NCBI RefSeq assembly: GCF_006345805.1
Contig: NC_043020.1
Coordinates: 8,866,001-8,930,000, forward strand
From: Octopus sinensis
Lineage: Eukaryota
Reading direction: 5' to 3'
Length of the DNA stretch: 64,000 bases
Shown: piece by piece, positions 50,430 to 63,165 of the stretch
Layout: the number at the start of each line of letters is the position of its first letter
Numbering within the stretch: position 1 is the stretch's first letter
Made by a program: the position numbers and the translations under genes
Notes under the pieces: generated by a model
Told to the model about the DNA's origin: nothing
What the model saw: only the letters and a program-made list of their open reading frames with translations
Databases searched by the model: none

Positions 50430-50702
50430 TTAACACACCCTTACAAAGTACAGTATCCTACAGAAATGACATCACAATCACATCCTCCCATCATTCTTCA
50501 GACATTGATAAACATCAATTACTTCAGTTTTACTCAAATCATCCTAAAACCTGTCTCTGCAGCTACAGGTTTAAAATAGCACCGATTCTATTGTCTTCCT
50601 TTGTTACTTGTACCATTAGAGAACTTCAGAATACAACTAATTCTCATGTTCAAGAACATAACATACACCTGGAAGATATACAAAGGACACTTTGTTGGTC
50701 TA
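50430..50702 (+). mobile_element. Possible PLE RT C-terminal relic
   Basis: DIDKHQLLQFYSNHPK resembles the PLE TDKHQYL..SxHP motif; after the RTE-X insertion YYIWPTKKR weakly resembles the GIY-YIG YIGETKR motif. Confidence 0.4.
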
Positions 50703-51493
50703 TGATATGGCTCAGAAACCTGGACGTTATCAAAGAAGCTTGAGAGGCGGTTGGATGGAACCTACACTCGCCTCCTTATGAGAGCTCAAAATCTCTCGTG
50801 GAAGCACCATCCAACCAAAATGCAAATATATGGGAAACTACCACCTGTGTCATCTCTTGTGAAAGGTAAGAGAGTCCATTTTGCTGGACGTTGTTGTAGA
50901 GCTGAAAAAGAAGTAATTTCTACTCTTCTCCTCTAGAAGCCATCTCCTCACGATACCAGAGGGCGCACACTCTCCTACCCTGATGTAATCTCCAGGGATA
51001 CAGGCATCCAGCAACAGGACCTCCGTAATGCCATGATGGACCGTGAAGTCTGGCGTAGCATGGTGGAATGGTGGAAGCACTCCGTCGGTTACGACGACGA
51101 GGGTTCCGGTTGATCCAAATCAACGGAACAGCCTGCTCGTGAAATTAACATGTAAGTGGCTGAGCACTCCACAGACACGTGTACCCTTAACGTAGTTCTC
51201 GGGAATATTCAGCATGACACAGAGAGTGACAAGGCCGGCCCTTTGAAATACAGGTACAACAGAAACAGGAAGTAAGAGTGAGAGAAAGTTGTGGTGAAAG
51301 AGTACAGCAGGGATCACCACCATCCCCTCCCGGAGCCTCGTGGAGCTTTAGGTGTTTTCACTCAATAAACACTCACAACGCTCGGTCTGGGAATCGAAAC
51401 CGCGAGTCCGCTGCCCTAACCACTGGGCCATTGCGCCTCCACAGCATGGTAAATTCCATTGTCTCGACCACGGTCGAACAATGATGATGATGA
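50703..51493 (+). mobile_element. 5'-truncated RTE/RTE-X LINE interrupted by SINE C
   Basis: YGSETWTLSKKLERRLDGTYTRLL...DREVWRSMV|NSIVSTTVEQ*, (TGA)n tail; 10-bp TSD TGTTGGTCTA (50693-50702, 51494-51503). Confidence 0.9.
51065..51442 (-). mobile_element. SINE C inserted in the RTE-X ORF end
   Basis: 8-bp TSD AGCATGGT (51057-51064, 51443-51450). Confidence 0.92.
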
Positions 51494-51954
51494 TGTTGGT
51501 CTACTATATTTGGCCAACAAAGAAAAGAAACAACAGCAGCAGTGTACAAACGACACACATTAGATGCATCACAGGCTATGGCAGTCCTGCCTCCGTCTCC
51601 TGACTTCTCTCCATTTGGACCCTCTACTAAACCCCCCTTCCTTTCCCTCCTGCTCCACTGTATCTATCCTCTCTTACACCCATCTCTTTGCTTCTTGAAG
51701 GTTATGCCCTGACACCCCATCACTACCATCTTCGTCTTATTTCCTTCTACTCATAGCCACCGTTATCCAGCCGTGTATCCATCCCTGCTCTATGGCAAGA
51801 CACCTGTGCTTGTCCCTTTATCTTGCTTTAACCTAGTTGCTCTCAACCTTTTAAATATTTGGACCACATCTAAGGCCTGTATTTTTTTTTTTTTATTGGC
51901 AGTGGTCGTGGTGGTGGCAAAAAAAGTAAAACGCAAGTCAGTTAGAGGAAATTC

Positions 51955-52245
51955 GTCATCATCATCGTTTAACGTCCGTTCTCCATGCTAGCATGGGTTG
52001 GACGTTTCGACCGGGGATCTGGGAAGCCAGAAGGTCTTATCTGGCTCCGGTCTTATCTGGCTCCGGTCTTATCTGGCAATGTTTCTACAGCTGGATGCCC
52101 TTCCTAACGCCAACCACTCCGTGAGTGTAGTGGGTGCTTTTTACGTGCCACCTGCACAGGTGCCAGGCGAGGCTGGCATCGGCCACGGTCGGATTGGTGC
52201 ATTTTACGTGCCGCCTGCACAGAAGCCAGTCGAGGTGGCACTGAT
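51955..52245 (-). mobile_element. Family D
   Basis: Consensus match, with a local duplication of TCTGGCTCCGGTCTTA. Confidence 0.85.
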
Positions 52246-52649
52246 CATATTTATTGAGGGAAGACTGAAAAGGCTGTTGGAAAGATGATGAAGGGTATCA
52301 GGTGGCCCCTGGGGGGCTGCAGTTACTTTAGCTTCTCAACACCAGTCATCAAACCACTTACCTCTCTCAAATACTCCCTATGCTTAGTCGGGGCAGGGGG
52401 TGCTTTTCTCTGTCCATTTTCTGTCTTGCAATTTCCTTGGTGACCTCACTAGTGCTGGTGCCATGGAAAGAGCAGCGAGTTCGCTCTGTAAAGTGGTTGG
52501 CATCAGGAAGGGCATGCTGCTCTAGAATCCATGCCAAAAACAGACAATTGGAGCTTGGCACAGCCCTATAGCTTACTAAATTTTGTCAAACCTTTCAACC
52601 CATGTCAGCATGGGAAGTGGACATTAAATTATGTTGTTGTTGTTTATGT

Positions 52650-52820
52650 TGATGACAACGACTATGATGATGGTAATGATGATGGTGATGATGATGACGA
52701 TGATGATGATGATGATGGTAATGACGATGGTGATAATGATGATGACGATGATGATGATGATGATGGTAATGACGATGGTGATAATGATGATGACGATGGT
52801 GATGATGATGGTGATGATGA
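52650..52820. repeat. (GAT)n compound microsatellite
   Basis: Direct observation. Confidence 0.93.
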
Positions 52821-53039
52821 GACAGCAATAAACTGCAAAGAAATCAAAATAGCACACAATTCATTATTATAACAGATTTTAGAAAAACTAAAAATATGAC
52901 ATAAAAACGCTAAAGAAAAACAAAACAAAAAATTCTCCATTTAGACATGTAAAGGGAGACAATCTGTTGCTGTGGCAAGCTTCAGCTAAGTTCCTGTTAT
53001 TACATAACAAGGGGAAAAAAACCCCAGCTTTGAACCTTT

Positions 53040-53795
53040 TATTAGCATATTTTAGCTGAAATACCCTGCTTTTGTTTCTTTTTAATTTGAATATGATAAA
53101 GAATTCAGTAAAACAACTTTGACATTATTAATCTGGTGTTTGGAAGATAAATTAACAGAATTTTGATGGAAGATCTTAATTCTGATCACTTTAACCATTT
53201 CGTTACCATAGTTCTGTTGAAATGATGATGATGGCAATCCCTCAAGGTCGAGGATGATGGTCTTCGTGCAAATTTACTGGTGAGTCCGTAGGTGACCGAT
53301 AAGACCAATTCTTGCTTGAAAAGATTGGTCACAGTGCGGACATCTAGTGCCGGAAGGGAGAGTCGCACGTGGTTGTTGTTGGCGCTCCTTCCGTCGTCGT
53401 CTTTTCTCCTCCAGCTCTGCAGACCTTTTCGACTCGAAAGTCGCCGTTCCCTCATGGATGGTGGTTTTCCAGAGTGGTCTGTTTTTTTGCCGTTTCCTCC
53501 CAGTTGGTGAAGTCAATGTCACACTTTTTGAGGTTCGTTTTCAGGGAGTCCTTGTAGCGTTTCTTCTGGCCTCCTTTTGTACGCTTGCTGAAATATGCAG
53601 CCTTTGTCTCAATGAATTTTGAAAATAATGAAGAATTTAGTAAACTAATTTTGTCATTATTAGAAGCTGATGTTTGGAGTATAAATTAACATAATCTAGA
53701 TCATTCTAATTCTTTCGTTACCATTTTTCTGTTAAAATACGCTGCTTTTGTTTCAATTAACTTTGAAAATGATGAAGAGGTTAGTAAAATAACGT
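53040..53795. repeat. Degenerate ~150-bp tandem repeat hosting the RTE insertion
   Basis: Recurring gcttttgtttc...tttgaaaat.atgaaga.t.agtaaa at about 53070, 53600 and 53745. Confidence 0.6.
53224..53588 (-). mobile_element. 5'-truncated RTE (BovB-like) LINE 3' end
   Basis: GGQKKRYKDSLKTNLKKCDID.../NRPLWKTTIHEG...CPHCDQSFQARIGLIGHLRTHQ*; (CAT)n tail; TGAAAT on both sides. Confidence 0.88.
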
Positions 53796-54088
53796 CATCA
53801 CACAGAGATCAGAACTGGGCCCTTATACCCATGAGACCCTTGGGCAACTGCCCAAAGTAACCATGCCTTAAGATGGCTCTGATCATCACCAGAATCTGTG
53901 GTCATTCAAGAACAGACTGGACAATGGACAGAGTAGATGATGGCCTGTCCAGACTGCCCTACTCTACTTGTTATTTTTCATTACTACAAAGGTAGTAGGT
54001 AATTTAAAGGTAAAACCGTGGTTTGATATAGAGACGATAAGGAATGGGGCAATAATTAACAATGAAAAGTGGATCATTGGTGTTTTAA

Positions 54089-54595
54089 CCCTTTAGTGTT
54101 CGCATTATTCTGCCAAAATTAATCCTTTTTTATCCACATTGTTTTGAACTAATCATACATTATCTTGTAGCTATGAGATTTTGATGAGGTAGCTGTTAAT
54201 TTTTAAAATGATATTGTAGGGTTGGTGTGAGAGACCAGATCTGGCCAGTTTGAACATAAAACAGGCAATACTTTTGGCCAGATATGGCCAGTTTAAATGC
54301 AATATCTTGTAACTATGAGAATTTGATGAGGCAAATGTTAATTTTTAAAATGATATTGTAGGGTTGGTGTGAGAGACCAGATCTGGCCAGTTTGAACATA
54401 AAACAGGCAGAATACTTTTGGCCGGATATGGCCAGTTTAAATGCATTATCTTGTAGCTATGAGATTCTGATGAGGTAGCTATTAATTTTTAAAACGATAT
54501 TGTAGGGTTGGTGTGAGAGACCAGATCTGGCCAGTTTGAACATAAAACAGGCAGAATACTTTTGGCCGGATATGGCCAGTTTAAATGCTAAAGGG
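54089..54595. mobile_element. piggyBac-like MITE with three internal ~143-bp tandem units
   Basis: TTAA|CCCTTTAG...CTAAAGGG|TTAA; units start at 54158, 54300 and 54444. Confidence 0.85.
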
Positions 54596-55023
54596 TTAAA
54601 GTCATTGTTTAATTTAATTAGGAGACTGTTTACAGCTGTTTCCGTTTATTAAAATGGGGTAAATTTACATTTACCTCGTTACAGAACGATTATTTGGAAA
54701 AGAAAGGTAAAGACAAAGAGAAGGAAAAAAGAAAAAGAAAAGGAAAAAGGAGTTCGCTAAAGCAATAGTCTTACATTTTAGCGACTTGTATATTTCCACT
54801 TCAATCAATATAATGACTGCATCTCAAGATGTCAACACAATAGACAAGGGTACACAATATCCATGGTCTTCCATGGACATCCTTGACTTTTCAACATCCC
54901 CAGAGATGGGTTGAACAAAGATTTGCTCTTCTATGTAACCTACAAAGAGGCTAGCATAATTAGGTGGTAATATTTTGTCGAGGTATGCTGAAAGAAGGTC
55001 CATAGGACAGTTACAGGAAGAGA

Positions 55024-55402
55024 GTGGAGGCGCAATGGCCCAGTGGTTAAGGCAGCGGACTCACGGTCGTAGGATTGCGGTTTCGATTCCCAGACCGGGT
55101 GTTGTGAGTGTTTATTGAGCGAAAACACCTAAAGCTCCACGAGGCTCTGGTGATCCCTGCTGTACTTTTTCACCACAACTTTCTCTCACTCTTACTTCCT
55201 GTTTCTGTTGTACCTGTATTTCAAAGGGCCAGCCTTGTCACTCTCTGTGTCACGCTGAATATCCCCGAGAACTACATTAAGGGTACACGTGTCTGTGGAG
55301 TGCTCAGCCACTTACATGTTAATTTCACGAGCAGGCTGTTCCGTTGATTCGGATCAACCGGAACCCTCGTCGTCGTAACCGATGGAGTGCTTCCATGCTT
55401 CC
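55024..55402 (+). mobile_element. SINE C inserted in the PLE relic
   Basis: 11-bp TSD ACAGGAAGAGA (55013-55023, 55403-55413). Confidence 0.92.
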
Positions 55403-55593
55403 ACAGGAAGAGATGATAGGTTGGCTGGAATTGTCTGGTTCATGAATTTTACAGACAAAGTAGATGGTGGATGTTTGGGGTGTGGTTATGATGAGGTTGG
55501 TGGAATTGGGTGGAAGTGTGTCAGAAGAGATAAATCCATGAGCAGCAATGGACACTTGTTTTTGGTGAGGTTGTTTGGTATCTTACTGTAGAT

Positions 55594-55961
55594 CAGTGTT
55601 TATCAACCTTTTTACCTTTGTGTAATCCCTAAAGAAAATTACATATTTAAAGGAACCCCTACAGAAAAAAATTATATACCATATCTTTCTCATATTCTTT
55701 TCATTGTAGTTCATGTGGTAAATAACACACACATGGAGTGTCCATGAATTTCAGACATCACTAAATATATCCCCAATGGTTGTTATATTCTTTTTGATAA
55801 CATAATAGGTTAGAAAGGATGATGTCTATATTACAATATTACAATAACCAATGTAGTGCATGTATAGTAATATTATGATCATGAAATTAGCATTAGCTTA
55901 TCTCACTCTTTCTCACAGAACCCCTAGGAACCTTTTGCAGAACCCCAGTTGAGAAATGCTG
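55594..55961. mobile_element. hAT (Charlie-like) MITE inserted in a PLE relic
   Basis: Ends CAGTGTTTATCAAC / revcomp CAGCATTTCTCAAC; 8-bp TSD CTGTAGAT / CTGTAGAG. Confidence 0.8.
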
Positions 55962-56603
55962 CTGTAGAGAGTCATTCAGTTGGTGGAGTGCTTCTTGCCT
56001 GTACTGCTTGATTCACCAGATTACAATACTGTCACCTTTGTCAGCTGCTTTGAAAGAAGGGTGTTAAGTTTCAATGGGGCAAAGTCAGATTTCCTTGGTC
56101 ATTTGTAGAAATTGAAGACGCCTAAATTAAAACAGTATTCATTTGTTAGAATAAATATTTGTTAAATAAATCAACCAAAGGGTATAGGCTTAGGTTTGGG
56201 GGTCCTATTAGAGCGAGAGTGGTGCTTTGTGAGGTTGGGGAAGTCGTCCTAGATTGGTAAAGCCGAAATTCTGTTGCGGAAGAAGACCTTAAATTGGGTC
56301 CAGTAAAGGAAACAGTGTCAGTGCATATGTCAAATTCACTTTGCTTCTCTTGGAGGGGATAAAATTTAAGCCCCTGCTAAGGAGGGTGCAAGCTGCATTG
56401 TGGAAGGAGGGTGCCTTCTGATCTCTGGGGATGTTGAAAAATCAAGGATGTCCATGGAAGACCATGGATGTTGTGTATCCTTGTCTATTGTGTTGACATC
56501 TTGAGATGATTGTTAAACAAGTGTCACCATCATACATACACACATGTATATATCTGTGTGTGTGTGATATCTATGTATATATTTATACATAGATACACAC
56601 ATA

Positions 56604-57881
56604 CAAGGGTTGGACAAAATAATGGAAACACCTTAAAATTTCAAACAAATTTATTTTAATATAGGGTAGGACCGACTTTGGCAGTAATTTCAGCTTGAAT
56701 TCTACAAGGTATGGACTTGTACAAAGTTTGAATTGTTTCCAAAGGAATTTTTGTCCATTCTTCAGCTAAAACAGTCTCCAGTTCTTGTAGTGATGATGGT
56801 GGAGGATATCGACTCCTTGTTTGTTTTTCTAAAATGCACCATAAATGTTCAATAATATTGAGATCTGGGGACTGTGGTGGCCAGATAAGATGTTCAACTT
56901 CACTAGAATGTTCCTCTTGCCATTCAGTAACAACTTTAGCTGTGTGAATTGGTGCATTATCATCCTGAAAGATTGCGTTTCCCTCTGGAAGCAGTTCCAC
57001 AACCATAGAATGAATTTGATCACATAAAAAGCTTAAACAGTTTTGACTATTAATTCTGCCATGAAGGGAAACCATTGGGCCAGTGGATTTCCAAGATATA
57101 GCCCCACCCCCAGATCATCACAGATCCTCCTCCATGTTTAACAGTTGGAAAAAGGCAGTCTGGATCAAATGCTTCTTTTGGCTGTCTCCACACGTATACT
57201 CTGCCGATGGTCAGAAATAAGATAAAAGATGACTCATTCGAGAAAATAACAGTCTTCCACTTCTCAAGGGACCAATTCTTTAGGTTTTTGCTCCACTCTA
57301 AATGCTTTGCAATGTTTGTTTTTGAAAGTAGTGGTTTTCTGATTGCAGCCCTCTTGTGAAATCCAGCTTTGTACAGCTCCCGGTGAACAGTTTTTGGGGA
57401 AACTGGGTACTCAAGGTGGTCATTAAGCTCTGCAGTAATTTTGGGAACTGTACTTTTGTGATCCTTTCTAACAATTCATGTAAAAGTCCGAATGTCCCTA
57501 TCTGAAAATTTTGGTTTTCTTCCGGAGATTTGTTTTGACTGGAGGTTTTTAACTCTTTCTCAAAGGCTGTCATTACTTTCGAAATGGTACTTCTTGATAT
57601 ACCAAATGTTTCGGCTGTTTTTGCTATGCTAGCGCCTGCCATATGAACACCAACAATTTGACCTCTTTGAAAGTCCAATAGATCTGTCATTTTAATGAAT
57701 TTTAATTACCTTTTTCTGATGATATCTGAAAAGAAACAGCAATTTTAGCAAAACATATTAAGCGACACTAATAATAAATCAAAAAAACATAAAAATAAAG
57801 AAGCTTTTGATGGTTTTACAGATATTTCAAAATTATGATGCTATGATGTTAGGTGTTTCTAATTATTTTGTCCAACCCCTG
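56604..57881 (-). mobile_element. Full-length Tc1/mariner DNA transposon, DD36E spacing, inactive
   Basis: TIRs CAAGGGTTGGACAAAATAATGGAAACACCT / revcomp CAGGGGTTGGACAAAATAATTAGAAACACCT; TA on both sides (56602-3, 57882-3); transposase remnants inside. Confidence 0.95.
56656..57690 (-). pseudogene. Tc1-family transposase pseudogene
   Basis: MTDLLDFQRGQIVG (HTH), VIFSNES (first D changed to N), KHGGGSVMIWG, FQDDNAPIH...WPPQSPDLNIIEHLW. Frameshifts near 57540 and 57105 (extra TGGG) and an in-frame TGA near 57480. Confidence 0.92.
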
Positions 57882-58553
57882 TATGCGTGCATGCACACAC
57901 ATACACACAAACATACACACATTAGTAATGAACCAGAAGAATGAGAACTCAACACCAGGAAGGTGAATAAACATTTCATTGTCATAGAAACTTTGTTATT
58001 CTTCTTGAACCCAAGATTTCAGGCTGATGGAAACCAGAATTTAATTAACAAACTGTCCTGTTATTCCTGTCAGTATGAAACTCTGGGTCCCAGAAAGGTT
58101 AAAGACAAGAGTTCATAAGATGGATGGATGGATGGATTTTGCAAATCTAATGGGGGCCTCAAAAGACATTTTAAGATCCACAAGGATCAGAACTAATCTG
58201 CAGCTCTTGGTGGTCCAATCAAATATGCAATCTATTGTGGGTGTCTTTTCAAAACATTGTCTGCCATGATGGTTCTAAGGTGTCAGTACAGGAGGTGGTC
58301 AGACTCTGCGTAAGGAGTAGACAACCACCATGCATGCATGTATGTTTATATGTGTATGTACGCATGTATGTATGTATATATGTGTGCATATATGTATGTG
58401 TGAATGAATGTATGTGTGCATATATGTTTGTGATGCATGTATGTATGTCTGAATGTATGTGTGCATGTATGTATGTGTGAATGTGTTAATCTATGTATTT
58501 GTGAATGTATGTATGCATGCATGTGTAAATGTATGTACGTGTGAATGTATGTA

Positions 58554-58653
58554 NNNNNNNNNNNNNNNNNNNNNNNNNNNNNNNNNNNNNNNNNNNNNNN
58601 NNNNNNNNNNNNNNNNNNNNNNNNNNNNNNNNNNNNNNNNNNNNNNNNNNNNN
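58554..58653. other. Assembly gap (100 N)
   Basis: Direct observation. Confidence 1.
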
Positions 58654-58759
58654 TCCATGACTGAAACAAGTAAAATTGTTTAGGAGGATGTGGCTTTGAT
58701 GCCTCTCTAAGCAAAATAAAATATATATATAATCACAAGAATCTTCTGTTGCTATTAAT

Positions 58760-58867
58760 ATTTGCTGCTGCTGTTACTACTACTACTACTACTACTACTA
58801 CTGCTACTACTTCTACTACTGCTGCTGTTACTACTACTACTACTACTACTACTACTGCTACTGCTGT

Positions 58868-58904
<37 letters not shown>

Positions 58905-59396
58905 GCTACTGCTGTTACTACTACTACTAGTACTACTACTACTACTACTGCTACTGCTGCTGTTACTACTACTGCTACTGCTGTTACTACTGCTGCTGCT
59001 GCTACTACTACTACTACTACTGCTGCTGCTGTTACTACTACTACTAGTACTACTACTGCTGCTGCTGTTACTACTACTACTACTACTGCTGTTACTACTG
59101 CTGCTGCTGCTACTACTACTACTACTACTACTGCCTACTGCTGCTGTTACTACTACTAATACTACTACTACTACTGATGTTTCTACTTACTGCGCTGCTG
59201 CTATACTACTACTATACTGCTGCTGCTGTTACTACTAACTATAGTACTACTACGGCTGCTGCTGTTACTACTACTACTACTACTGCTGTTATACTGATGC
59301 TGCTGCTACTAACTACTACTACTACTACTGCTACTGCTGCTGTTACTACTACTACTACTACTACTACTACTGCTGTTACTACTGCTGCTGCTGCTA

Positions 59397-59435
<39 letters not shown>

Positions 59436-59436
59436 T

Positions 59437-59470
<34 letters not shown>
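58760..59470. repeat. (ACT/GCT/GTT)n trinucleotide array
   Basis: Direct observation. Confidence 0.96.
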
Positions 59471-59471
<1 letters not shown>

Positions 59472-59754
59472 GCCAAAAACTGTGGAAATGGGTGGGAGCA
59501 CTTCTAGTAGGTCACTGAACTTGACAGAAGTGGTCACCAAATAACCCCTCAGTCACAAAACATACCTTCCTTTTTGTACAACAGGATTCTAAGTTCCCTG
59601 CAAATAGGGACAGTCATGTATGGAACATCTTTAAGAAGTTGCAGCAGCCACCACCACCACCACCACCACCACCACTACTACTACTACTACTACGTTGCAC
59701 AGTTAAAGAACAAGCCAAGCAATTTGAAAAGAATATAAGATAATAAATAAAATA

Positions 59755-60010
59755 AATGATGTTCCTTCTCGGGCCATGCCAGGCTCATAAGGGGCCGGTT
59801 TCCCGGTTTCAGTGGCGTAGAAATTCCCCACCTGGATGGGACGCCAGTCCATCGCAGCGTTACTCTCTTTTTGCCCGCTGAGTGCACTGGAGCAACGTGA
59901 AAATGAAGTATTTTGCTCAAGAACATAAGGCATAGCCCGGTCCAGGAATCGAAACCACAACCTTACGATCATGAGTTCAACACCCTAACCACTAAGCCAC
60001 GCACCTCCAC
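59755..60010 (-). mobile_element. SINE E variant with V-domain-like TGCGATGGACTGGCGTCCCATCCAGG
   Basis: tRNA head, CORE-like segment, then V-like segment. Confidence 0.75.
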
Positions 60011-60561
60011 ATAAGACAATAACATAATATTGTTTATTTCCTTTCTTCATAACATAGACTTATTTATTTGTTTACTACTGTTGGCGATGGTGATGGTGGT
60101 GATGATGACAACGACGACCACAACACCACCACACCACCACCCACTCTGTCCTACCAGCTAATTACCTAAATCTATTAATGATTTAGAACAAGGTACTTCT
60201 GTTTAGGGAGGGGGGGGAGAAGGCGGGAAAGAGTTGGTTAAATGAAAATCAATCTTCTCATATATATCTATATATCTATATATTATTATATATATATTAT
60301 ATATATATATATCTATATATATATATAATATATATATTGTATGATATATATATATATATATATATATATCTGTAATATCATTGATTAGCTGATAAGAGGG
60401 AAAGTGTGACTCATTTAAATAAACCTCGTTACGTAATCTATCTAACCTGCTAATATTGGTGGATAATCTTAGCCAATTCAAGATTTACAACTCACTAGAT
60501 TAAATATGTCTGTTTAGTACAATGAATGCTCCCTTCAGATGGTTCATACATACATACATAT

Positions 60562-60963
60562 AGGCGCAGGAGTGGCTGTGTGGTAAGTAGCTTGCTAACC
60601 AACTACATGGTTCCGGGTTCAGTCCCACTGCGTGGCATCTTGGGCAAGTGTCTTCTGCTATAGCCCCGGGCCGACCAATGCCTTGTGAGTGGATTTGGTA
60701 GACGGAAACTGAAAGAAGCCTGTCGTATATATGTATTTATATATATATATATGTATGTGTTTGTGTGTCTGTGTTTGAACCCCTAGCATTGCTTGACAAC
60801 CGATGCTGGTGTGTTTACGTCCCTGTCACTTAGTGGTTCGGCCAAAGAGACTGATAGAATAAGTACTGGGCTTACAAAGAATAAGTCCCGGGGTCGATTT
60901 GCTCGACTAAAGGCGGTGCTCCAGCATGGCCGCAGTCAAATGACTGAAACAAGTAAAAGAGTA
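60562..60963 (+). mobile_element. SINE A
   Basis: Consensus match. Confidence 0.9.
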
Positions 60964-61275
60964 ATACATACATACATACATACTTACGTACGTACGTGTG
61001 TGTATGTCTGTAACATTTTCTCCATTTTATTGTCTTTGCTGTCGTACACATTCGCTTGCTTTCTCCCAAAAAATTTAATACTCTTAGCTTAGATTTTGGG
61101 AGCCAGCCAGTCTTAAGTGTAACCGACTGAAACTGCAAGAATGATCTGGAAACTTTACTGATGAGAGAAGGCTGTGAATGACCCGTCCTCGTTATGTCTT
61201 GTCCGTCTTTGTATCGTCTATCTGTCCAGACGCTTTATTGTCGTCTGTTGTGTTATTGTTCCATTTTTTGGATAT

Positions 61276-61319
<44 letters not shown>

Positions 61320-61389
61320 ATATATATAAGTTAATTAGAGGATATATTACTGTATTCCGCTGTATTTCATTCTAATTGGCTACTTCGCG

Positions 61390-61457
<68 letters not shown>

Positions 61458-61479
61458 AATAATAATAATAATAATAATA

Positions 61480-61516
<37 letters not shown>

Positions 61517-62027
61517 CATAATAAACATAACAACAACAACAACAATTAACTTATTGGGTACAGTGGACAGACAGCGTCACTACAACCCAATGGAAAAACA
61601 TAAGAGGGAGGACAGACAGTGGCAATAAGTCGAGTAAAGAAAGAGCAATGAATGCCAGATGTGTATGCACAGAATACAGTCCATCCTCTAAAGTGGAAGC
61701 GAACACCATTCTGCCATGTGACCAACTTGAAAAATTACTATGATATTATTAAGATATTTGACAATGTAGTCGTTGATATTTTGTAACTGTAAACATCAGG
61801 ACGGTCACGGATGAAATATTTTTGACCGTTGATTTGAACCGGTTTCAGGGTTCAAATCAACTGCTGCTAATCGCTTGCTTCCAAGAGAGAGAGAGTCCGA
61901 GTTATTCCCTCCGTTTGCCGGCGCTTCGTCCAACGTGTGTCTTCTTCATAACTCGGAGCACTGGGCAGAAATCCCCGCATCGCGTTCGTGCACCGACAAC
62001 CTTATTAGCTGTCGTTCGCCTTATGAG

Positions 62028-62071
<44 letters not shown>

Positions 62072-62082
62072 CATTATTATTA

Positions 62083-62133
<51 letters not shown>

Positions 62134-62154
62134 GTAGTAGTAGTAGTAGTAGTA

Positions 62155-62705
62155 TTATCATTGAGTGAGAGAGCAGTTCATGCCATCAAAGTGACACTGG
62201 GGTGAAATATACGAAGCCCAATATACCCATCATGACTACCCGTCTGATAAGGGTACACCAGGCACATGCATCACAACCATATGTTTGCGACATGGTGATC
62301 TCATATCAAGATAAACAGCACATGACCTTGCAGGTGGGGCCCAGTTAGAATTTCTTCAGGTTGAGTAGCCCATCCCGCTCAAACGGTCCCTGAATAGGGT
62401 TGTTTTAGGATGTTGAAAGAACCACCCATGTTTCCAGAGGTGAACTTCAAACCCCAAATAATCCCTCTCAACACATGGCTATGATGCTCCCCCACTACTT
62501 CTGCTCGTGATCAGAAATGCACATATCGTCAGCCACTAAGGGACATGCTCAACTGGTTAAGGTCAAACAACTGACAAGCAAATCTGTGGTATTGAGCAGA
62601 ATATTTGCTGTAGCCCATCTTTTATACCAAGACAAAACAATGTACATGATAACACTTCCAATCAGTTAAGATCAGAAGCCATGGGAGCCACTGCCTGGTA
62701 CTGCA
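62155..62705 (+). mobile_element. Unclassified retroposed repeat between (ATT)n tracts
   Basis: Non-coding 550 bp followed by a long (TTA)n tail; classification is inference only. Confidence 0.35.
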
Positions 62706-62708
62706 TTA

Positions 62709-62739
<31 letters not shown>

Positions 62740-62762
62740 TATCATTATTATTATTATTATTA

Positions 62763-62812
<50 letters not shown>

Positions 62813-62855
62813 ATAATTATTATTATTATAATTATTATTATTATTATTATTATTA

Positions 62856-62890
<35 letters not shown>

Positions 62891-62910
62891 GTTATTATTA
62901 TTTATCATTA

Positions 62911-62958
<48 letters not shown>

Positions 62959-62989
62959 CTATTATTATTTATCATTATTATTATTATCA

Positions 62990-63034
<45 letters not shown>

Positions 63035-63052
63035 CTATTATTATTTATCATT

Positions 63053-63087
<35 letters not shown>

Positions 63088-63092
63088 TATTC

Positions 63093-63123
<31 letters not shown>

Positions 63124-63165
63124 TTCAATAATTATCATTATTATTATTATTATTATTATTATTGG
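62705..63165. repeat. (ATT/ATC)n array
   Basis: Direct observation. Confidence 0.96.

Larger units (their letters stand above)
54908..56420 (-). mobile_element. Penelope-like element ORF/RT relic, internally deleted, with nested SINE C and hAT MITE
   Basis: LLSRGLNFIPS, KAADKGDSIVIW*IKQYRQEALHQLND, IYFVCKIHEPDNSSQPIISSCNCP (LPKIHK..GRPIVS-like), PNYASLFVGYIE. Confidence 0.8.
54820..56508. repeat. 88-bp inverted repeats (3 mismatches) bracketing the PLE relic
   Basis: 54820-54907 versus reverse complement of 56421-56508. Confidence 0.9.

Noticed and set aside
54158-54587. Three 143-bp units as a satellite or CRISPR
   Set aside because: Interior of a TTAA-flanked MITE.
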